Assembly: GCA_963765895.1 (NCBI GenBank)
Contig: CAVXZB010000019.1
Coordinates: 377,301-441,300 of the forward strand
Source: an uncultured Nitrososphaeraceae archaeon
Lineage (GTDB): Archaea > Thermoproteota > Nitrososphaeria > Nitrososphaerales > Nitrososphaeraceae
Direction of reading: 5' to 3'
Length of the DNA stretch: 64,000 bases
The translations under genes and the position numbers were made by a program. Positions 44,758-56,613 of this stretch are shown here, in pieces. The notes under the pieces are model-generated. The model was not told where the DNA came from. It saw nothing but the letters and a program-made list of their open reading frames with translations, and made no database searches. How positions within the stretch are numbered: position 1 is the first letter of the stretch; each line of letters opens with the position of its first letter.

Positions 44758-45521
44758 CTACCTATCATCTAGCATAATCTAACGTTTACTTTCAATACTA
44801 TCTAAATTCGTACAGAGAATCCTTCTTTGATTGTGGTTCGACTTAAAGTGTTCTGATTTATTATGTGGTTTAATAGGTAAGAATCAATGAGGACTTACAT
44901 CAAGTTTAGGCCTTTTGTTCTCTCCAGAAGTGCTATAGTTTCAACTGTTTATTTTTTGATATTCACATCAAGTTTTCTATCCTTTGAAATCCTTAATTAA
45001 AAAATAACAATCGTTACACATAACATCAGAGAGAAGGAAATTTAGTGAGAAGAATCTTGTCCTTTTACAGACTTTGCATGTCTTCATAAGGTTTAATTCA
45101 TAATTTGCCTAAAAAACATGTCTTTTAATGCGCTCATGATGGGACATTTGGTCAAAAGCTTTTGGATGGGAGTTAAGGGAATTGTTAATAGCTATGCAGG
45201 GCCATGTCCACAAATAACATTATCGTATCATTTATTATGTCTGGATCAATTTGCATTACATTACCAAGCAAAAATAGTCGGATCTCGGGCATTTGTTAGA
45301 ATTGCTGTACGAAGTGTATTCGAAAGAGGTCTAAATTGCGTTAATCTTGTAGTCCTCTTAGGACTAGAAGTGCTGCAGGAAAGGTTTCTATTACATTAGG
45401 AATTGGAAGTCGATTTAGCTGAATTTTTCGATACCAAAGTGATATCTGGCTAATGATTTCAGTAATATATAAGAGCAAAGTTTGATAACTGTTTTACCTG
45501 ATAAGAGAACTTAAAATGGGG

Positions 45522-46620
45522 TTAAGAAGGCGGCTGATAAGGATTAATTCGCTCAAGTGAAAGTGCATGATTATCATCTAACGCTCCAACACCTAGACTG
45601 AGTCCTCTAATTGTGATATCTAGATTGGCAGCCTCTACAGGAGTCAGGGAAAACTCTCTCATTAGAACAGTTCTCACTTGCCTGTCTGGGTCTACTGTCT
45701 GGTCAGTTTTTATAGGCACCGCTATGCTTAGGACTTTTGATACCATAGTTGAAGGAACATTACTGCTTCGGCTGTTAATCGAATATTCAATCAATTGTAG
45801 TACCGATCTCCCTGTTGGAGACCTTTAGTGCATTAACTGTATATATTGCATCTACGCTGAGAACGCTAGTCGCCTCAGAGCCGGATAATACCCCTGCGAC
45901 TCCGCTCTTGCTGGATGAGATTGCTGAAAGTATTGAAGGGTCTAAATCCACGTTTACTGTTAACACCCCCTCAAGATATTTGTCCGAAGAGGCATTTCCT
46001 ACTTCGGGAATTGAAGTAAGAATTTGTTTACAATCAATACTCGTCGACCTAGATGGTCCAAGGCTTTGAATATTATAATTGTGATCATGAGTGTCGTTGT
46101 TAAGCGATGCTTTCCAGAAGAAGGAAATTGGGAAGTTTTGCCTATTGAAGATATTTATGTCCGAGTTATAACGGCCCGGTCTCAAGGGACCGTCCTCCCC
46201 CGTTATAGTCCCACATATAAATCTGGACGTATATTCTAGGGTATTGGAACCAACCAAGTGAGGCTTCGTAACGGCTTGAATTTTAGCTGAGGAACCGTTG
46301 CCTATATTGGCAGACTGGAGTGCCGCAGAATTTTGAAATTGCGCAGAAGAAAGGAATGTCGGGTTGTTGGTTGATTGAAAATCTCCAAATATGGAAATCG
46401 GGTAACCAACACCTGAAACAGCAGGTTTTGTATTCTCCGCTTGATATTTTCCCAAAGCTACTGTATCTTCATAATTTGAAAGAAATAAATCAGATTGCCA
46501 AAGTGACAGAGATAGTGCAAGTATGATAGTAAGCACCAAAATAACGTTCAAGTTTAAGCTCTTGATAATAGTAAGAAAATTTAAGTCTTTAGTAGACATG
46601 CAAAAAATGATGAACTGCAA
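45522..46620 (-). CDS. Secreted hypothetical protein, probably one gene frameshifted near 45810
   Basis: TM/signal, EYTSRFICG..LRPGRYNSDINIFN; ORFs 45787-46620 and 45522-45794 overlap in different frames. Confidence 0.6.
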
Positions 46621-46715
46621 TCTCTAACGATTCGTACCATGTCAATTTGTAAACTAGGCCATATGACTCCAGGCTAGCGGCAACTTTATCTTTAAGCAAG
46701 TCATATACTAACGAA

Positions 46716-46850
46716 ATGGCTGATGAAATGTTTATGTTTGGTTTGACAACTGGGGTTTTTGCAGTCCTGACTGGGCTTTTATTCGCATCAAGGGCTAAAC
46801 GCCGATCCGTAGATACTGAGGCTGAAAGGAGAGATGGCGCTCCGATTTGA
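46716..46850 (+). CDS. Small single-pass membrane protein (44 aa; not in ORF track)
   Basis: MADEMFMFGLTTGVFAVLTGLLFASRAKRRSVDTEAERRDGAPI*; TTTAAG about 25 nt upstream. Confidence 0.55.
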   Translation: MADEMFMFGLTTGVFAVLTGLLFASRAKRRSVDTEAERRDGAPI

Positions 46851-47068
46851 GCAGATAGATGGTTAACTGCTATCCTTAAAATCCCCAAAATTTTTCAATT
46901 TTAACCGTAAAGTCTGACGCTTCTTCTGTCCCCCATCTATGAGTAAAATCCAATAATGAGGTAGCTAAATATTAAAATGACTTCAGCTTAGCCCTCAGTT
47001 GCAAAACCGAAATTCTAAAATCTAACGTAAATACAAAGCTATATTCAGTTAATTATACGGCTTTGAGT

Positions 47069-47860
47069 TTAACGGCTCGATGAAACCTCCTTTACTATTT
47101 CATACTTTGATTTGTATCCTCTTGGGTTAATCATAATGTTGTCGTAGAGAAAACTTGACGAATTTCCAACTATTACCGTAGTAATCATGCCGAGCATATC
47201 CTGGTGCTCAAGCATATCGTTCAAAGTAGTTAGTACTATAGCCTGACTGTCGCGATATGCTCCTTTAATAATAGCAACGGGAGTATCAGGCTTGCGGTAC
47301 TTTAGAAATATATCCCTAGTATCTCTCAATTGATGTACTCTCTTTTTACTGGCAGGATTATAGATAACTGTAACATAATCTCCAAGTGCTGCAGCTTCGA
47401 CCCTCTTTACAATCATTTCCCAGGGAACGAGTAAATCACTCATACTCACAACTGCGAAATCAGTCATTAGCGGTGAACCCACCAAGGCTGCGCATGAATT
47501 GAGAGAAGAAACACCAGGTACGCATTCCAAGTATAGCCCTTCCCCGTTCTTCCAGCCCTTTTCAGCCAAGATTTCGTAAATCAATCCAATCATTCCGTAG
47601 ATACCTGGGTCGCCCGACGACACGAGCGAAACGATCTTCCCTTTTTCGGCAAAGTCTATTGCCTGGTTCGCCCTTTCTACCTCTTGGGTCATAGGGTATC
47701 TATAAATTTCCTTTCCTTCAATTAACTTCTCTATGAGTGTAATGTAGGTATCGTAACCGATGACAATATCGCTCTGACTTATCACTTCCTTCGCACGAAA
47801 AGTCATTTGGTCATGGTGGCCTGGACCTAATCCAACGACAAATAATTTACCGGTATTCAT
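47069..47860 (-). CDS. cbiH: Precorrin-3B C17-methyltransferase (CbiH/CobJ)
   Basis: VGLGPG, VSSGDPGIYGM, PGVSS, DFAVVSMSDLL, IYNP, NPRGY. Confidence 0.95.
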   Translation of the reverse strand: MNTGKLFVVGLGPGHHDQMTFRAKEVISQSDIVIGYDTYITLIEKLIEGKEIYRYPMTQEVERANQAIDFAEKGKIVSLVSSGDPGIYGMIGLIYEILAEKGWKNGEGLYLECVPGVSSLNSCAALVGSPLMTDFAVVSMSDLLVPWEMIVKRVEAAALGDYVTVIYNPASKKRVHQLRDTRDIFLKYRKPDTPVAIIKGAYRDSQAIVLTTLNDMLEHQDMLGMITTVIVGNSSSFLYDNIMINPRGYKSKYEIVKEVSSSR

Positions 47861-47974
47861 TTACTCATTTTCATTCATTAAAGCGCATTTATCTTTTTCT
47901 TGATTGACAAACAGACTAATCATGTTTCTACATGTTCTAGGTGCAGTAAGATAAGGCTAACCTAAGTACCAAAT

Positions 47975-49402
47975 CTATTTTGATAGTTCAAATTCCGTGT
48001 GCAAAGCTTTGACAGCCTCCTCACAGTCCTTGTTATTTACAACTAAGGCCAGATTGAGCTCTGAATATCCTTGAGTAATCATGATAACATTTACCTCTCG
48101 CTTTGCAATAGCACTAAATACCTTCGCAGCAACTCCCTTTATTCCACGCATTCCTGATCCTACCACCGCTATGACAGCAACGTCATCATTTACACTGATT
48201 TTCTTAATGACCTTGCCCAATAGATTAAGTTCCAATAAATTTGTCGCCTTATCCAAGGCGTTTTTTCTTACGACCATCGATATACTTGATTCTGAGGGGC
48301 TTTGAGATATCATCATAATATTCACCCTATTTTTCGCTAGCGTATCAAATATTCTTGCTGCTGTCCCAGGAGCCCCCACCATACCGCTCCCACTAACGTC
48401 AATTAATGCAGTATTTCTGATCATATTTATCGATTTTACAATTTTCTGAAATTCGTTGCTTGGATTTGAAGTGATGAGAGTCCCAATGTTCTGAGTATTG
48501 AAGGTGTTTCGAATTCTAACCGGTATCTTTGCCTCTATTACTGGCTCTAGTGCTCTGGGATGTATATACTTTGCACCGAACAATGCCATTTCCATGGCTT
48601 CCGTAAATGAGACTTCGTTTAGTACTTTGGCATTTGTGACTATCTTTGGATCCGCAGTCATTAGACCATCTACATCGCTCCAGAGCCAAACTTCATCTGC
48701 TTTAATACTCGACCCAATTATCGTAGCAGAGTAATCAGATCCCCCTCGTCCAATGGTAGTAAAGTTACCATTCTGATCTGCTCCAATGAAACCAGTCACC
48801 ACAGGAATCACGTCCTCCTTCAGCAAAAATTCTAGACTGCGTGATACTCGGAGTTTGGTCGTATCCATTAGCGGACTGGCTTCTCCAAAATCAGAGTTCG
48901 TTAGAAGTCCTATGTCCTTAGCAGTCAATGATTTGGATTTTAACCCGTAGTCTAGCAGGGAAAAACAGACAAGCGGAGTTGATAGTCTCTCGCCAAAGGA
49001 TAGAAGGTAATCGATAGATTTCGGGGTAACTTCGCTTAATAAGACCAACCCCTCTAGAACATCTCTTAGCTCATCAAGTATGGGAAGTATCTTCGCACGT
49101 GCCTCAATCTTCAGACTATCACTCCCTATACCATTTTCGATTATCTGCAAGTGGGCTTCTCGCGTATGTTGAACGAATTCGTAAATCGGCTGCCTAAGCC
49201 CTTTTCTTACCTTCTCACAGATCTTCAAGATATTGTCGGTCATACCTCTTAAGGCAGAAACAACAATGACTATTTCGTTTGGATGGGTGGAACCATCTTG
49301 CTGATCAAGGTGAAACTTGTATTTTTTTATTAATTCAGCGACGTTTTTAATTTTGTCGACAGAGTCGATTGCGGAGCCGCCAAACTTCATTACTATTCGC
49401 AT
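47975..49402 (-). CDS. lysC: Aspartate kinase with two ACT domains
   Basis: MRIVMKFGG, VVSA, SFGE, GRGGSDYSA, DVDG, MISQSPSE. Confidence 0.95.
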   Translation of the reverse strand: MRIVMKFGGSAIDSVDKIKNVAELIKKYKFHLDQQDGSTHPNEIVIVVSALRGMTDNILKICEKVRKGLRQPIYEFVQHTREAHLQIIENGIGSDSLKIEARAKILPILDELRDVLEGLVLLSEVTPKSIDYLLSFGERLSTPLVCFSLLDYGLKSKSLTAKDIGLLTNSDFGEASPLMDTTKLRVSRSLEFLLKEDVIPVVTGFIGADQNGNFTTIGRGGSDYSATIIGSSIKADEVWLWSDVDGLMTADPKIVTNAKVLNEVSFTEAMEMALFGAKYIHPRALEPVIEAKIPVRIRNTFNTQNIGTLITSNPSNEFQKIVKSINMIRNTALIDVSGSGMVGAPGTAARIFDTLAKNRVNIMMISQSPSESSISMVVRKNALDKATNLLELNLLGKVIKKISVNDDVAVIAVVGSGMRGIKGVAAKVFSAIAKREVNVIMITQGYSELNLALVVNNKDCEEAVKALHTEFELSK

Positions 49403-49679
49403 ATATACCTTGCTAGACCTAGGGTACTTGGTATCAAATAAAACGCTTTTGTTACTCTGATGCATGTTATCATAGCGACCGTTGAAAGAAATGGATCTAT
49501 GTATAAAGAAGTTATTTCTTTATCCAATATCAACAAGCCAGAGGCTTTATTTGGTTGCCTAGTGCGCGAGTCTTGGTTGAAACTCAATTGTGGTCAATAA
49601 ACCAGTGATAGGTAATCCTCGAATTGTTCACATTCTTATTATGGCAGAAAGCACCTAATTATTTGCTGTTACAATTCAG

Positions 49680-50939
49680 TTGGTACAGAAAAAGAAATTT
49701 TATCAAATGGATAAAGATGAACGCTTGCTCTTCCTTAGAAACGAAGCTAATCTTTCAGAATCTCAAATAGAACTGCTAACCAATCCTAGTTCTAGCATTA
49801 GTTTCGACATGATAAATGGGATGATAGAAAATGCCGTTGGAATAATATCAATGCCTCTTGGTATTGCAACAGACTTTCTGATTAATGGTAAAGAATACAT
49901 TGTACCGATGGCTACTGAAGAACCCTCGGTCATAGGCTGCATGTAGCAAGGCTGCCAAAATTGCGAGAAATTCAGGTGGATTTAATGCCAATGCAGATGA
50001 GGCAATAATGATAGGTCAGGTACAACTTGTATCTGTTTTTTTTCCAGAGTCAGGGTTAAAGGTATTATCAAATAAGGAAAGGCTGTTATCTATAGCAAAT
50101 AGCACCAGCAGGTCAGTGATAGCCACTGACATAAAGGTGAAATGGTTAGACGATTTGATCAATAGCGGTGCAGGTAAAATGCTTATTGTAGAGATTATTA
50201 TAAATACGAGTGACGCAATGGGTGCAAACGCGATAAACACTATGTGCGAAGCAATTTCTCCAGCGTTGGAACAGATAACAGATGGTAAAGCAGTAGTAAG
50301 GGTCCTGTCCAATTACGCTACGAGACGACTTGTACGGTCTAATGCCGTATTTCGTAAGGAGGATCTTGGGGGGAAAGCATCGTTGATCGAATTCTTTATT
50401 CGTATAGCTTTGCATATTCTGATGTTTATCGTGCAGTTACTCATAATAAAGGCATAATGAATGGGATAGATGCACTTGCAATTGCGACTGGACAAGACTT
50501 CAGAGCCATAGAGGCAGCTGCTCATGCCTATGCCTCAAGGGATGGAACATATCGTTCGATGACAAGATGGAGCAAAACCAGTAGTGGCGATTTGCTAGGT
50601 GAATTAGAGCTACCCATAGCTGTTGGGATAGTTGGAGGTGTTACAAATGTCCATCCAATGGTTATGCTAGCGTTAAAACTCTTGCGAGTCGAATCTAGTA
50701 CAAACCTTGCAATGGTTTTTTCAGCTGTTGGCTTGGCACAGAACCTCTCAGCTATCCTTGCCTTAGCAACTGTTGGGATTCAGAAAGGACACATGCGGCT
50801 CCACGCAAGAAATATAGCTATCTCTGCTGGGGCTCTAGGGAATCAAATCGATATAGTAGCAGACAAAATGATCCGAGAGGGTAAGATAAGTACATCAAGA
50901 GCAAAGGAAATTATTCTATCCATAATCGATCAAGGCTAG
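49680..50939 (+). CDS. mvaA: Class II HMG-CoA reductase, split by indels near 49936 and the G-run near 50370
   Basis: ENAVG..PLG, MATEEPSV, DAMGAN, HNKGIMNG (recovered by frame shift), GQDFRA, GIQKGHMRLH. Confidence 0.92.
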
Positions 50940-51034
50940 TTTTAAAAACCATACTATCTCTTCATCAACGGATTACTCAAAGAATGAGTAAATATATACA
51001 TTACCTCAATGACTCTAGTTATTTATCTTATAAA

Positions 51035-52021
51035 ATGGCAACAATAAAGTTCGCTGTCCCGAAAGGTAGCATAGAAGAGGCAACATACAAGATATTAGAA
51101 CAAGCCTGGCAATCTATAACTGGCAGGGGCAGGACATACCGCCTGAGATTGAGTGATCCTGAAATAGAAGTCAAAATCCTAAGACCTCAGGAAATACCGA
51201 CTTATGTCCAAGAAGGATTTTATGATGTCGGGATTACTGGTAGGGACTGGATAAACGAAGCAAAAGCAGACGTAAAAGTTCTGCTTGACCTAGAGTATGG
51301 CCGGGTAAAGCAAGTCCTAGCCATCCCAGAAAGCTTCGATGCTCAAAATCTATCTGAATTAATTAGCCATTTTGTGACTCAGAATAAGCCTCTCAGAATA
51401 TCTTCAGAATACCTTACCACTACTTCATCGTACATAAAATCAAATCCAATCTATCAACAACATTTTGGCAGTTCCGACCCAATGATAATAACACCATGGT
51501 TACGAGTTGGACAGAATAAACAAGTTGAAATTTTTCTTTCGTTCGGCGCCACTGAAGCTAAACCTCCTGAAGATGTCGATGCAATCTTCGATATCACAGA
51601 GACTGGTACGACGCTTGGACGTAATAATTTAAAAATTATTGACACGGTGATGGAATCTACCGCAGTACTTGTTGCCAATAAGAATACTCTTAAAATCCCT
51701 CACAAGCGAGAGAAAATTGCGGACATGTATGCATTGCTGAAAGGGGTAGTGGAAGCACGAAAGAAATTGCATATTTTCGTTAATGTGAGAGAGGATAACA
51801 TTAAAGGATTACTTGAACGTCTTCCTGCTCTAAAAAAACCTACGATAAGCAAGTTGAGTGAAGACGGATGGTACAGCGTGAACACGATTATAGAGAAGAG
51901 CGAATTTATTAAAATTGTACCAAACTTACGGGAATTGGCCCAAGGTTTGGTCGTAATAGAACCAAGACAAATTCTACCATTGGATCAAATAAATCTAGAT
52001 TCTTATGATCAAGAAATTTAG
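51035..52021 (+). CDS. hisG: ATP phosphoribosyltransferase (long form)
   Basis: AVPKG, LRPQEIP, GITGRD, FGATE, ETGTTL, C-terminal PTIS regulatory domain. Confidence 0.95.
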   Translation: MATIKFAVPKGSIEEATYKILEQAWQSITGRGRTYRLRLSDPEIEVKILRPQEIPTYVQEGFYDVGITGRDWINEAKADVKVLLDLEYGRVKQVLAIPESFDAQNLSELISHFVTQNKPLRISSEYLTTTSSYIKSNPIYQQHFGSSDPMIITPWLRVGQNKQVEIFLSFGATEAKPPEDVDAIFDITETGTTLGRNNLKIIDTVMESTAVLVANKNTLKIPHKREKIADMYALLKGVVEARKKLHIFVNVREDNIKGLLERLPALKKPTISKLSEDGWYSVNTIIEKSEFIKIVPNLRELAQGLVVIEPRQILPLDQINLDSYDQEI

Positions 52022-53311
52022 GATTAAAGATCCCACTTCTGATGCTGCGAAGTTGCGTGGTGGTACCTACAATCCGCCCGACGACATTGATAAAACGATA
52101 GACTCCATTTTTAAAGACGTCATAACTAACGGAGATGACGCATTAATTGGTTACACGGAAAAATTTGACAAAATTAAGCTTAAATCTTTAAGAATTTCAC
52201 AAGAAGACATCAAACACGCATATAGTATATGTAAGTGCCAAGCAAATTCGATCATTAAGGTTAATGAAGAAGAGAGTTGTGCAGACGGAAAGCATGCTCC
52301 TCCGACGTCTCACTGCCAGTAAGATACAAACATCTAGTAATGGGATTTTTCTACAAAAACTAATACAACCGCTAAATAGTGTTGGTTGCTACATCCCAGG
52401 AGGAAATGCGAGGTATCCGAGCACATTAGTAATGTGCGCAGTTCCTGCTAGGATTGCAGGAGTTAAAAGAATTGTAGCAATATCTCCACCCATGAGGAAT
52501 GGAGAGGTGGATCCAATGACTCTAGTAGCCGCTGATATATGTAACGTAGACGAATTTTATCGAATAGGAGGAGCGCAGGGAATAGCGAGCACTAACGTTT
52601 GGAACAAATGCGATAAAGAGGGTTAACAAGATTGTTGGTCCTGGTGGAATATTCGTTACTCATGCAAAAATGGTCGCCTCACGACATGTTTCGATAGATA
52701 TGATTGCAGGTCCAACAGAACTCGTAGTTTACTCTGATGATGAGGCTCATCCGAGGTTTGTTGCTCGTGACCTAATTTCTCAAGCGGAGCACAGTGTTGA
52801 TACTCTCTGTGGTTTGGTAACTATCTCTGAAGTAATCGCTGATGGTGTTAAATCAGAACTTGTTTCAATTATTAGCAACAGGCACGAACCACTCGCTAGG
52901 TCAGACATAGTCAAAAGAAGTATACGAAATAACGGATTTATCGCAATATGTAAAAATGAGGCTTCGGCAGTTGAGTTTATTAATGAACTCGCACCAGAAC
53001 ATCTACAAATAATAAGTAAGAATGCAAAAAATCTTGCAAATAAAATTACGTCAGCGGGGTTGGTTCTGCTTGGTAAATACACTCCATCTTCTGCAAGCGA
53101 TTACGTACTTGGTTCGAACCACGTGCTTCCAACATCTGGATTTGGAAAGTCAAGAGGATCTCTTTCCATTTTAGACTTTCTTAAAATCACTAATAGGATA
53201 GAATTATCAAGAAGAGGTTTAGCAGATGCAGAGCCTTTTTTGAAGGAAATTACATTCGCAGAAGGCTTACTTAATCATTACGAAGCAGTGAGGGAAAGAA
53301 CTACTACATGA
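52005..53311 (+). CDS. hisD: Histidinol dehydrogenase, split by two apparent frameshifts (about 52232 and 52587)
   Basis: GDDALIGYTEKFD, GCYIPGG..YPS, GGAQ, KIVGPG, IDMIAGPTE, QAEH, APEH, GSNHVLPT. Confidence 0.93.
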
Positions 53312-54426
53312 GTTGGTTTTCTAAAAGACTAGCAGAAATTTCGAGTTTACAAGCCTATGTAAAACCCTCTGTATCCCCTGGTACAGTAAAACTAGATGCT
53401 AATGAGAATTTAGCAGTTGACAAGAATTTTTTATATAAGATTGCATCTCAGGCGCTTATCAGTATCGACTTTCGTGAATATCCTATAGAACAACTCGAGG
53501 AAGTCTATGAACAGTTTGGAAGTTTCCTGGGTATGGACAAGAAATATGTTGGTGTGGGTAATGGGTCGGACCAAATAATTGAAGCCTTAATGTCCACAGT
53601 GGCTAGAGGTAAGAGGGCAACAGTATTTGTTCCTACTTTTTCATATTTTATGAACAGATGTGATTTACATAATGTGAAGGTGGAAGCTGTCCCTCTAAAT
53701 AAGAAAGATAATTCTCTTAATAAATCAGATTTTCTAAAGGCTGCAAATAGGTCAGATATGATCTATATTTGTTCTCCGAATAATCCCACGGGCAATCAAT
53801 TTGGGGCAGGTCTAGTACTAGAAATTTTGGAAACATTGAAGGATAAACTAGTTCTACTGGACGAGGCCTATGTAGAGTTCGCAAAATATTCTCTAGTATC
53901 TCAAGTACGTAAACATAGCAACTTGGTAGTACTGCGTACACTCTCAAAGGCATTTGGATTAGCCGGAGCAAGGATTGGCTACTTGGTTTCAAATGAAGAA
54001 CTTGCTGGAATTTTTCGATCCAATATTCAGTCACCGTATCCGCTAAATAGCTTCTCGATAAAAATTGCTAGCCTTATGTTATCAAATAGTAAGTATATCT
54101 TTGATACTGTCAATTTTATAAAAACTGAAAGAGATCGAGTATACAATGATCTCTCAGAGATTGAAGGTCTAAATGTTTACAAATCTGATGCAAATTTTAT
54201 TTTTTTTGAATCTTTTCAGATGTACAGTAATATCGTGCGAGAGCTAACAAAACGGGAAATACAAGTAAAGATGTTTGGAAACCTTGGTAATTATGAGGGC
54301 TGTATTAGAGTTACTATAGGAACCCCCGAAATGAACAATATGTTTTTGGAATCGATTCGGTACTGCAATAGACAAAAAGTGAGGAGCATGAATATACTTA
54401 TAGAATCAGTTCTCCACACTTCTTAA
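53308..54426 (+). CDS. hisC: Histidinol-phosphate aminotransferase
   Basis: LDANEN, GNGSD, PNNPTG, DEAY, RTLSKAFGLAGARIGY. Confidence 0.95.
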   Translation: MSWFSKRLAEISSLQAYVKPSVSPGTVKLDANENLAVDKNFLYKIASQALISIDFREYPIEQLEEVYEQFGSFLGMDKKYVGVGNGSDQIIEALMSTVARGKRATVFVPTFSYFMNRCDLHNVKVEAVPLNKKDNSLNKSDFLKAANRSDMIYICSPNNPTGNQFGAGLVLEILETLKDKLVLLDEAYVEFAKYSLVSQVRKHSNLVVLRTLSKAFGLAGARIGYLVSNEELAGIFRSNIQSPYPLNSFSIKIASLMLSNSKYIFDTVNFIKTERDRVYNDLSEIEGLNVYKSDANFIFFESFQMYSNIVRELTKREIQVKMFGNLGNYEGCIRVTIGTPEMNNMFLESIRYCNRQKVRSMNILIESVLHTS

Positions 54427-54432
54427 TAGGAC

Positions 54433-55380
54433 ATGTTACCGGATTCTATCATATTTGATGTCGATGGAGTCTTAATAGATATAAGACGATCATACAATCT
54501 AGCGATAAAGAATACTGTTATCTTTATTCTAAACCAGATTAGTCCTGAACTACATTATCCTAATTTGGTAACTGATAAAATTATTGCCGAGCTCAGACAA
54601 ACTGGCGGTTTTAACAATGATGTTGATACTTGTTACGCCATCCTTTTAGCAGTGCTTTCCAGTGAACAAGTTCCCCTAATTGAAGCCCGAAAATTTGTCT
54701 CTTTGATGACTAAAAGTCTCAATGGACTAGGGATAAAGTATGTAGAAGAGTTTCTCGCTTCATGTGTGTCGAAACACAAGATCAATATGTACAAGCGTCT
54801 CTTAAATTACCCCTCATCGGTTGGCAAGAGTCTCCTTGCGACGGTGTTTGATGAAATTTTCTATGGTCCAGAGCTATTCTTAAAGCAACATAAAATAAAG
54901 CCGCGATACTATTTTGGAGAGCCGCTCATTGACAACGATAAAATAATAATAAAAAAAGAAACAATGAGCAAACTCTCGCAATTATTTGATGGTAAAATCT
55001 CAGTTGTTTCAGGACGAAGTAAATTAGCAGTAGAATATTCACTAGAGACGATATCTGAGTATATAAATATAGGTGCTTGCGTATTTTTAGAAGACGAAGT
55101 AAGAAAACATGCCAAACCTAGTCCATACGCCTTGCATAGGGCTACAAAGATGCTATCTTCTAAAAGCGCGATATATGTCGGAGATTCATTGGAAGATTTA
55201 TTAATGACAAAATTAGCTGAAAAAAGGTACAACCTAAAGATGACATTTATTGGGGCTTATAAATACAGTTTCGATCCTGCGAGAACTATTCATCAGCTTA
55301 TTATTAATGGAGCCGATGCCATGATAAGAACGGTAAATCAGTTGCCGAATATGTTAAATAAAGTAAATACGGAGCTTTGA
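54433..55380 (+). CDS. HAD-superfamily hydrolase, candidate histidinol-phosphate phosphatase
   Basis: FDVDGV, SGR, KP, YVGDSLED; lies between hisC and hisB. Confidence 0.8.
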   Translation: MLPDSIIFDVDGVLIDIRRSYNLAIKNTVIFILNQISPELHYPNLVTDKIIAELRQTGGFNNDVDTCYAILLAVLSSEQVPLIEARKFVSLMTKSLNGLGIKYVEEFLASCVSKHKINMYKRLLNYPSSVGKSLLATVFDEIFYGPELFLKQHKIKPRYYFGEPLIDNDKIIIKKETMSKLSQLFDGKISVVSGRSKLAVEYSLETISEYINIGACVFLEDEVRKHAKPSPYALHRATKMLSSKSAIYVGDSLEDLLMTKLAEKRYNLKMTFIGAYKYSFDPARTIHQLIINGADAMIRTVNQLPNMLNKVNTEL

Positions 55381-55989
55381 CATTCTTGACGGATTTGTCC
55401 TCGAAGTCTCGAAGTGCGCATATAGTGAGAAATACAAGAGAAACATCTCTGACAGTAGACGCTCAGATCGACGGTAATGGGCAATTTTCGGTCAAGACAG
55501 ATCTAAATTTTCTAGATCATCTGATTTCTACGATAGGTAGGCACAGTATGATAGACCTTGCCCTTACCGCACAATCTAATGATCATATTGTACACCATGT
55601 TATTGAAGATACTGCAATTGCGCTTTCGCAAGCTCTTGATATGGCGCTACTAGAACGCCAGAATATAAGAAGATTTGGATACGCGTCAATTGCAATGGAT
55701 GAATCCCTTGCCTCTGCCAGTGTTGATCTCGTGAGGCGTCAATTCCATAAGACTGAATTGCAACTAGTGAATAACATGACAGAAGGAATACTAAAAGAAG
55801 ATCTAGAACACTTTGTAAGATCTCTAGGTACAGAATTTAAATGCATGTACCCACATAGAAGTCAGATACGGGGATAATGATCACCACAAAATAGAGGCGG
55901 CTTTAAAGGCATTTGCAGTTGCTTTTCGGATGGCAGCCACTATTGATAACAGGGGCATCGGTGTACCGAGTACTAAGGGTGAAATTTGA
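55377..55989 (+). CDS. hisB: Imidazoleglycerol-phosphate dehydratase, frameshifted near 55828
   Basis: RNTRET, FLDH, HHVIED, MDE; shifted frame [14 protein letters not shown]...VPSTKGEI*. Confidence 0.93.
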
Positions 55990-55992
55990 ATA

Positions 55993-56613
55993 ATGCTGCG
56001 AATAGCTCTATTTGATTACGGCGCAGGGAATCTATATAGTCTGAAAGCAGCACTTGAAAGAAATACTGGCGTACAAACTTCTATAATAAGCAAAATGAAA
56101 AATCTCCGGGATTATGACGGGCTGATTTTACCGGGTGTAGGAAATTTTGATCCAGCTATCATTTCAATTGGTGAAGATAACGAGCTATTTACAAAAGCAG
56201 TAAAGGACAGAATCCCGATACTCGGAATATGTCTAGGTATGGAAATGCTATTTAACAGGAGCGAAGAGGGAAAGCTTGATGGATTGGCCATACTAGATGG
56301 CGAGGTCATCATGCTGAACAAAAAACTCACAAAGATACCACATATGGGATGGAATACCCTAAAAATAGAACGGAATGGAGGTAAGCTATTAGATGGCATT
56401 TCAGATGGCTCGTGGGTTTATTTTGTTCATTCTTACCGTATATCACCAAGTGATAAGGGAATGATCACCGCAAATTCAGAATACGGAATCACGATACCTG
56501 CCTCCATAGAAATAGATAACTTGTATGGCACTCAATTTCATCCAGAAAAGTCTGGCCAGACCGGAGCGATCATAATAAAGAATTTCTTAAATATATGTCG
56601 TGATAAGCAATGA
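55993..56613 (+). CDS. hisH: IGP synthase glutamine amidotransferase subunit
   Basis: DYGAGN, LPGVG, GICLG, PHMGWN, YFVHSY, QFHPEKS. Confidence 0.97.
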   Translation: MLRIALFDYGAGNLYSLKAALERNTGVQTSIISKMKNLRDYDGLILPGVGNFDPAIISIGEDNELFTKAVKDRIPILGICLGMEMLFNRSEEGKLDGLAILDGEVIMLNKKLTKIPHMGWNTLKIERNGGKLLDGISDGSWVYFVHSYRISPSDKGMITANSEYGITIPASIEIDNLYGTQFHPEKSGQTGAIIIKNFLNICRDKQ

